Source: Eledone cirrhosa
Taxonomy: Eukaryota
Direction: 5' to 3'
Assembly: GCA_964016885.1 (NCBI GenBank)
Contig: OZ024741.1
Span: 268,584,001 to 268,648,000, forward strand
DNA length: 64,000 nucleotides
Within the stretch, counting starts at the first letter, position 1, and each line of letters begins with the position of its first letter. This document shows positions 53,086-64,000 of the stretch, piece by piece. The translations under genes were made by a program, and so were the position numbers. The notes beneath the pieces are model-generated. The model searched no databases, was not told the DNA's origin, and saw nothing but the letters and a program-made list of their open reading frames with translations.

Positions 53086-53087
<2 letters not shown>
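52598..53087. repeat. Inverted repeat, ~140-bp arms (52598-52738 / 52949-53087), 210-bp spacer
   Basis: Arms include complex words (gtatcagtttagc / gctaaactgatac; cagacgtacagtagcatgc / gcatgctactgtacgtctg). Confidence 0.9.
52854..52896 (-). ncRNA. Decayed minimal hammerhead ribozyme (Penelope-like type)
   Basis: Minus strand ATGGTG-CTGATGA-tAGCT(aaca)AGCTt-GAAA-CTAG-aa-CATCGT; U16.1 replaced by A and stem II closing pair mismatched. Confidence 0.5.
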
Positions 53088-55565
<2,478 letters not shown>

Positions 55566-58500
55566 TCGTGGGTAAAGAGCGATGCTATAAGCTTTTCTGG
55601 GTGGGAAATGACAATGGGTTGGGTGGGGTAGGAATCATGGTAGCAGAAAAGTGGGCAGATAAGATAATAGACGTAAATAGAGTGAACGACAGAATAATTA
55701 AAATAAGACTTGTCCTCAATAAAACTACGGTGACAGTAATATCTGCGTACGCACCCCAATCCGGACTGCCCCGCGCTATAAAAGACAGATTCTACGAGAC
55801 ACTGATGCTCGCTACCTCCCAAATAACCGACAGTGACTATATAGTTATTGCAGGCGACCTAAATGGTCACGTTGGACAACATTGTGACGGCTATGACGGA
55901 ATCCATGGAGGCTATGGGTTCGGTACTAGAAATGAGGAAGGCTCCAGAATCCTGGAATTCTGCGACGCAAATAACTTAACTATCTGTAACACTAACTTCA
56001 AAAAACGAGACAATCACTTGATCACCTATAGATCGGGGGAACACACAAGCCAGGTAGATTATATCCTTACCAGAAGACGTGACAGAGTGTCTGTTGTTAA
56101 CACTAAATCCCACCCCCATGAAGAATTCACCTCCCAACATAGACTGATAATTAGCGACCTCATAGTCAGGACGAGACGTACTAGACAGCGGAAGAGGACT
56201 ATCCTCAGGAGAAAAATATGGAAGCTAAAGGACCCCATAGCCAGCAATAAATTTCAAAGCAAATTACTTGACGCTTTCGACAGTAAGGAAGAGCAATTAG
56301 AGTCGTATAATATAGAGGAACAGTGGGAATTCCTGAGAGCAAACCTGCTGACGGCGGCAGACGAAGTCTGTGGCTGGAGCAGGCCTGTAGGTAGGAGGAG
56401 AGTAACATGGTGGTGGAACAGTAAGGTGGAGGAGTCAATTAAGGCCAAAAAGCAGGCTTGGAAAGTATGGCGGGATGGGGGAAGTAGAGAAGACTATCAA
56501 GTGGCCAGGAGGGAAGCTAGGAGACAAGTGTACTTCGCAAGAAGGGAAGCAGAGGAAAGAAAGTTCAAGCATGTTCTACAACGTGAGGACCAAAAACGTG
56601 AGGTGTTCAGGATTGCCAGGCAATGTGTCAAGGAAAACCGTGATATTGTCGGGGAGAAGTGTGTACTTAACGATGATGGCATACTTGCCATCACCGACGC
56701 TGATAAGAAGGTAGCTTGGAAGTGTCACTACGAAAGGCTTCTAAATGAGGAGAACAAATGGGAGAAAGACAGTCTCCCCCAGATCGATCCAATAGAGGGA
56801 CCAGCAGTGTTAGTTGAAGGTAGTATAATAAGTAAGGCAATCAAAGATATGAAGACGGGTAAGGCGGCTGGGCCTTTGGAAATAGTTGCTGAGATGCTGA
56901 AGGCATCTGGTTCGGTGGGACACACCATGGTCACCCGGATAGTTAACCAAGTCGTACAGAATGGGGTTGTTCCGAAGGAATGGCGTAGCAGCATCATCGT
57001 TAACTGCTATAAGGGAAAAGGAGATGCCCTAGATAGGAGTAACTATAGAGGCATTAAATTAATCGACCAGGTCATGAATAGCGCAACTAATCAGAGAGAG
57101 AATTGATCTAGATGAAATGCAGTTCGGGTTTGTGTCAGGCAAAAGTACCACAGACGCTCTTTTCATTGTACGACAACTACAGGAGAAGTACCTAGCTAAA
57201 AGTAAACCCCTATACTTAGCTTTTGTCGACTTGGAGAAAGCCTTCGACAGAGTCCCCCGTTCCATTATCTGGTGGGCTCTTAGAAAACTAGGTGTTGACG
57301 AATGGCTTGTGAGAGCTATACAAGCCATGTATAAAGAAATAGTCAGTAAGGTTAGAATTAACAACGAATATAGTGAAGAGTTTAGCGTAAAAGTTGGTGT
57401 CCATCAGGGCTCTGTACTTAGCCCCCTACTATTTATTATTGCCCTTCAGGCTATAACAGAGGAGTTCAAGACCGGCTGCCCATGGGAACTCCTATACGCA
57501 GATGATCTAACGCTCATAGCTGAATCAATGACCGAACTAGAGAAGAAATTCCAAACGTGGAAGCACGGCCTAGAATCAAAAGGCCTTAAAATTAACCTGG
57601 CTAAGACTAAAGTTCTAGTTTGTAGGAAAGAAAATAAGGCGGCGGTCCCATCGGGGAAATGGCCATGCTCAGTGTGTAGGAAAGGCGTAGGTAGAAACTC
57701 CATTTTATGTCCCAAATGCAAAGTATGGGTGCATAAAAGATGTAGTGGGATCACAGGTAAGCTAACTAAGAACATAGATTTTACATGTGGCCGGTGCTCT
57801 GGTGCAATAAGTAGCAGCAAGTGCCCACAAAATACTAGCTCCTTCAACTGCGCAGAGGGTTCTATAGAAATAGTGGACAGCTTCCGTTATCTGGGTGACA
57901 AAATCAGCAGTGGGGGAGGGTGCTCTGAAAGTACAGTAGCTAGAGTCAGAACTGGATGGAAAAAGTTCAGAGAGCTTATACCACTATTAGCCGCTAGAGG
58001 GTTCTCCCTAAAAATGAAAGGCAGGTTATACGATGCCTGCATACGAACAGCAATGCTGCATGGCAGTGAGACCTGGGCATTGTGTGCAGAGGATATACGC
58101 AGACTAGAGAGGAACGAAGCTTGCATGCTCCGCTGGATGTGCAATAGTAATATACGTGAACGGCAAAGCATAAACGAACTAAGGAAAAAATTAGAAATAA
58201 GAGGGATCAGATGTTGTTTACTCGAGAGAAGGCTACGTTGGTACGGTCACGTGATGCGCATGAAAGACGACAGCTGTATAACAAAGTGCAGGGCAATAAA
58301 GATAGACGGTAGCCACGGAGTAGGCAGACCCAGAAAAACATGGGACGAGCTGATAAATTCCGACCTCACACGCTTACACCTCTCCAAGACAATGTCACTG
58401 GACCGAGACCTTTGGCGGTACTCAGTAATAGAGAAGACCCGCCTTACCTAAATACAAAGTAAAAACCTACTACAGTCAGTAGGCACCTCTATCAAAACAC

Positions 58501-58948
58501 ACCCCCGTCCCACCACCTCCACCCCACCCACACCGCCCCTTTCAATGTAAAGTTATGTTGGTCCCACAACATCCAGGCCGAAACAAATGAGATCGTGTAG
58601 GTGTCACGACAAAAAACACACAGTCCACGCTGTAAATGTGGCCGTGTAGGCAACACGGTAAAAACCTCCCAGCCCCACACTGTAAATGTGGTTGGTGTTA
58701 GGAAGGGCATCCAGCTGTAGAAAACCCGCCAGACAGTCCACGCTGTAATGTGGCCGTGTAGGCAACACGGTAAAAACCTCCCAGCCCCACACTGTAAATG
58801 TGGTTGGTGTTAGGAAGGGCATCCAACTGTAGAAAACCCGCCAGACAGTCCTATGCGAGCAAGACAACCACTCTTGCCTCAAGTGGGAAAACCCCCGTCC
58901 AAACCCATGCAAGCGTGGAACACGGACGCTAAACCTGATGATGATGAT
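55566..58948 (+). mobile_element. Near-complete young RTE-clade LINE (APE endonuclease, RT with PHD insert, 3'UTR, (GAT)n tail); 5'-truncated, one frameshift
   Basis: APE motifs [23 protein letters not shown]; RT motifs [29 protein letters not shown] (YADD 57495-57506), FRYLG; 17-bp deletion at ~57078 relative to the copies at 61550 and 63940 splits the ORF; 113-bp tandem duplication in the 3'UTR (58621 / 58734). Confidence 0.95.
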
Positions 58949-59063
58949 ATATGTATATATATGTATATATATATATGTGAATATATATATGTGTATATGT
59001 ATATATATGTATATATGTGTATATGTATGTATATATATGTATATATGTGAATATATATATATG

Positions 59064-59385
59064 TCATATGACTCCAGTTCCCCAGTGAATTAACAACCCA
59101 ACAAGGAACTGGGCATATCAGAGTATTGACAATATCATACACCTAAACAACATATGTACTTGTCTATACCATACTAATTCAAACTGCCTGAAGAGGTCAC
59201 AGCCAAAGATGGCTGTCACTGAAATATATATAGCAGTAATAAACGAAGCTAAATTTTAATCATTTGACTTTTATTTAACTTTATTTTACACTACTCTGGA
59301 GTAACCAAACCAACCTGCGCACTTCGTCGAGTGCTCCAGCCTGCATACTGAGGTGTTGGTATACAACCAACAGAAACTCAAAATC
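59064..59385 (+). mobile_element. Penelope-like pLTR fragment
   Basis: ~320-bp complex insert between TA tracts containing a minimal hammerhead immediately followed by AATAAA. Confidence 0.6.
59183..59237 (+). ncRNA. Minimal type I hammerhead ribozyme
   Basis: ACTGC-CTGAAGA-GGTcACAGCCA(aaga)TGGCTGTcACT-GAA-A(TATATA)T-A|GCAGT; palindromic stem III. Confidence 0.75.
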
Positions 59386-59635
59386 TATGTATATATATAT
59401 ATATGTATGTATGTATTTATATATGTATATATATATGTGTATATATATATATGTATGTATGTATTTATATATGTGTATATATATATGTGTATATATATAT
59501 ATGTTGATATATATATATGTATATATATATGTATATATGTATTTATATATGTATATATATATATATATGTATTTATATATGTATATATATATATATGTAT
59601 TTATATATGTATATATATATATGTATTTATATATG

Positions 59636-59680
<45 letters not shown>

Positions 59681-59683
59681 TTA

Positions 59684-59722
<39 letters not shown>

Positions 59723-59804
59723 CGATATATATATATGTATGTATATATATATGGATATATATGTATGTATATATATATATGTATGTATATATATATGTAT
59801 ATAT
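59386..59804. repeat. Complex (TA)n microsatellite
   Basis: Direct. Confidence 0.95.
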
Positions 59805-61796
59805 TATCATCATCATTATCATCAACGTTTAACGTCCATGTTCCACGCTTGCATGGGTTTGGACGGGAGTTTTCCCACTTGAGGCAAGAGTGGTTGTCTT
59901 GCTCGCATAGGACTGTCTGGCGGGTTTTTTACAGCTGGATGCCCTTCCTAACACCAACTACTTTACAGTGTGGGACTGGGAGGTTTTTACCGTGTTACCT
60001 ACACGGCCACATTACAGCATGGACTGTGTGTTTTTTTGTCGTGACACCTACACGATCTGATTTGTTTCGGCCTGGATGTTGTGGCACCAACATAACTTTA
60101 CATTGAAAGGGGCGGTGTGGGGGTGGTTGGACGGGGGTGTATTTTGTTAGAGATGCCTACTGACTGTAGTAGGTTTTACTTTGTATTCAGGTAAGGCGGG
60201 TCTTCTCTATTACCGCGTAGCGCCAAAGATCTCGGTCCAGTGACATTGTCTTGGAGAGGTGTAAGTGTGTGAGGTCGGAATTTATCAAGTCGTCCCAGGT
60301 TTTTCTGGGTCTGCCTACTCGGTGGCTACCGTCTATCTTTATTGCCCTGCACTTTTTTATACAGCTGTTGTCTTTCATGCGCATCACGTGACCATACCAG
60401 CGTAGCCTTCTCTCGAGTAAACAACATCTGATCCCTCTTATTTCTAATTTTGTCCTTAGTTCGTTTATGCTTTGCCGTTCACGTATATTACTGTTACACA
60501 TCCAGCGGAGCATGCAAGCTTCGTTCCTCTCTAGTCTGCGTATATCCTCTGCACACAATGCCCAGGTCTCACTACCATGCAACATTGCTGTTCGTATGCA
60601 GGCATCGTACAACCTGCCTTTCATTTTTAGGGAGAACCCTTTAGCAGCTAATAGTGGTATAAGCTCTCTGAACTTTTTCCAACCAGTTCTGACTCTAGCT
60701 ACTGTACTTTCAGAGCACCCTCCCCCACTGCTGATTTTATCACCCAGGTAACGGAAGCTGTCCACTATTTCTATAGAACCCTCTGCGCAATTGAAAGAGC
60801 TAGTATTTTGTGGGCACTTGCTGCTACTTATTGCACCAGAGCACCGGCCACATGTAAAATCTATGTTCTTAGTTAGCTTACCTGTGATCCCACTACATCT
60901 TTTATGCACCCATACTTTGCATTTAGGACATAAAATGGAGTTTCTACCTACGCCTTTCCTACACGCCGAGCACGACCATTTCCCAGAAGGGGCCGCCGCC
61001 TTATTTTCTTTCCTACAAACTAGAACTTTAGTCTTAGCCAGGTTAATTTTAAGTCCTTTTGATTCTAGGCCGTGCTTCCATGTTTGGAATTTCTTCTCTA
61101 GCTCGGCCATTGATTCAGCTATGAGTGTCAGGTCGTCTGCGTATAGGAGTTCCCATGGGCAGCCGGTCTTGAACTCCACTGTTATAGCCTGAAGGGCAAT
61201 AATAAATAGTAGGGGCTAAGAACAGAGCCCTGATGAACACCAACTTTTACGCTAAACTCTTCACTATATTCGTTGTTAATTCTAACCCTGCTGACTGTTT
61301 CTTTATACATGGCTTGTATAGCTCTCACAAGCCATTCGTCAACGCCTAGTTTTCTAAGAGCCCACCAGATAATGGAGCGGGGGACTCTGTCGAAGGCTTT
61401 CTCCAAGTCGACAAAAGCTAAGTATAGGGGTTTACCTTTAGCTAGGAACTTCTGTAGTTGTCGTACAATGAAAAGAGCGTCTGTGGTACTTTTGCCTGAC
61501 ACAAACCCGAACTGCATTTCATCTAGATCAATTCTCTCTCTGATTAGTTGCGCTATTACTTTTTCCGTGACCTTCATGACCTGGTCGATTAATTTAATGC
61601 CTCTATAGTTACTCCTATCTAGGGCATCTCCTTTACCCTTGTAACAGTTAATGATAATGCTGCTATGCCAGTCCTTCGGAACAACCCCATTCTGTATGAC
61701 TTGGTTTACTATCCGGGTGACCATGGTGTGTCCCACCGTGCCAGATGCCTTCAGCATCTCAGCAACTATTTCCGAAGGCCCAGCCGCCTTACCCGT
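59805..61796 (-). mobile_element. 5'-truncated young RTE LINE (RT, PHD, 3'UTR), frameshift at ~61214
   Basis: ORFs 61182-61796 and 60187-61179 are nearly identical in protein to the copy at 55566. Confidence 0.95.
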
Positions 61797-62262
<466 letters not shown>

Positions 62263-62529
62263 AACTTTATATGATTTGTTAAGTTATATGCCAATATATT
62301 ATAATATTGTTATTATAGTGTTATTGTAATATTTATATTGTTTGTGCAAATTGACCGGAGATTATAAATTATATAGTATATTATATATTATATTTTTATT
62401 TTTATTCATTTCTTTATCATTTTATACTGTAAATAATATATGTATTATATTTATATTTAAACTCTTAATAAGTGTTAGTTTGTGTTTGTATTGATGGATA
62501 TGTGTATTGATATATATATATATGTGCAT

Positions 62530-64000
62530 TTTGTTAGAGATGCCTACTGGCTGTAGTAGGTTTTACTTTGTATTTAGGTAAGGCGGGTCTTCTCTATTAC
62601 TGAGTACCGCCAAAGGCCTCGGTCCAGTGACATTGTCTTGGAGAGGTGTAAGTGTGTGATGTCAGAATTTATCAGCTCGTCCCAGGTTTTTCTGGGTCTG
62701 CCTACTCCGTAGCTACCGTCTATCTTTATTGCCCTGCACTTTGTTATACAGCTGTCGTCTTTCATGCGCATCACGTGACCATACCAACGTAGCCTTCTCT
62801 CGAGTAAACAACATCTGATCCCTCTTATTTCTAATTTTTTCCTTAGTTCGGTTATGCTTTGCCGTTCACGTATGTTACTATTACACATCCAGCGGAGCAT
62901 GCAAGCTTCGTTCCTCTCTAGTCTGCGTATATCCTCTGCACACAATGCCCAGGTCTCGCTGCCATGCAACATTGCTGTTCGTATGCAGGCATCATACAAC
63001 CTGCCTTTCATTCTTAGGGAGAACCCTTTAGCGGCTAATAGTGGTATAAGCTCTCTGAACTTTTTCCAACCAGTTCTGACTCTAGCTACTGTACTTTCAG
63101 AGCACCCTCCCCCACTGCTGATTTTGTCGCCCAGGTAACGGAAGCTGTCCACTATTTCTATAGAACCCTCTGCGCAATTGAAAGGGCTAGTATTTTGTGG
63201 GCACTTGCTGATACTTATTGCACCAGAACACCGGCCACATGTAAAATCTATGTTCTTAGTTAGCTTAACTGTGATCCCATTACATCTTTTATGCACCCAT
63301 ACTTTGCATTTGGGAAATGGAGTTTCTGCCGACTCCTTTCCTACACACTGAGCATAGCCATTTCCCAGATGGGACCAGTGCCCTATTTTCCTTCCTGCAT
63401 ACTAGGACTTTAGTCTTAGACAGGTTAATTATAAAGCCTTTTGATTCTAGGCCATGCTTCTTTGTTTGGAATTTCTTCTCTAGTTCAGCCATTGATTCAG
63501 CTATAAGCGTTAGATCATCTGCGTATAGGAGTTCCCATGGGCAGCCGGTCTTGAACTCCTCTGTTATAGCCTGGATGGTAATAATAAATAGGAGGGGGCT
63601 AAGGACGGAGCCCTGATGGACACCAACTTTTACGCTAAACTCTTCACTATATTCGTTGTTAATTCTAACCTTGCTGACTATTTCTTTATACATGGCTTGT
63701 ATAGCTCTGACAAGCCATTCGTCAACACCTAGTTTTCTAAGAGCCCACCAGATAATGGAACGGGGGTCTCTGTCGAAGGCTTTCTCCAAGTCAACAAAAG
63801 CTAAGTATAGGGGTTTACTTTTAGCTAGGTACTTCTCCTGTAGTTGTCGTACAATGAAAAGAGCGTCTGTGGTACTTTTGCCTGACACAAACCCGAACTG
63901 CATTTCATCTAGATCAATTCTCTCTCTGATTAGTTGCGCTATTACTTTTTCCGTGACCTTCATGACCTGGTCAATTAATTTAATGCCTCTATAGTTACAC
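62530..64000 (-). mobile_element. Young RTE LINE copy lacking most of the 3'UTR, frameshift at ~63310, continues past the window end
   Basis: ORFs 63289-63963 and 62574-63296 encode RT, PHD and C-terminus. Confidence 0.95.

Noticed and set aside
55566-58451. Intact active retrotransposon ORF or host RT gene
   Set aside because: 5'-truncated within the endonuclease and frameshifted by a 17-bp deletion; all other copies in the window also have frameshifts

Overview
AT-rich, repeat-dominated eukaryotic (metazoan) DNA. The SINE/LINE families look like those of a coleoid cephalopod (Octopus-like); that is inference. The only convincing host coding sequence is one large + strand exon (36024-37605; ATG at 36083, GT donor at 37606) encoding a Gln/Ser-rich nuclear protein N-terminus with a CtBP-type PFDLT motif. 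The rest looks intronic or intergenic. It holds two large minisatellites (27-bp unit at 13.5-15.8 kb; 37-bp unit at 20.7-31.9 kb with an internal ~3.5-kb block duplication), many tRNA-derived SINEs, hAT, piggyBac-like and mariner-like MITEs, CR1 and Tx1/L1 fragments, and a cluster of young RTE-clade LINE copies (50-64 kb) embedded in (TA)n tracts. Highlights: (1) a 633-bp tandem unit carrying a complete type I hammerhead ribozyme in each copy (retrozyme or Penelope-like), plus two other, unrelated minimal hammerheads, all sitting in (TA)n next to the RTE copies; (2) a C4HC3 PHD finger inserted inside the RTE reverse transcriptase between motifs 6 and 7; (3) a ~110-bp duplication of the TA-rich flank, suggesting a long target-site duplication and insertion-linked microsatellite expansion. 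All structures were read by eye; no database searches or folding programs were run.
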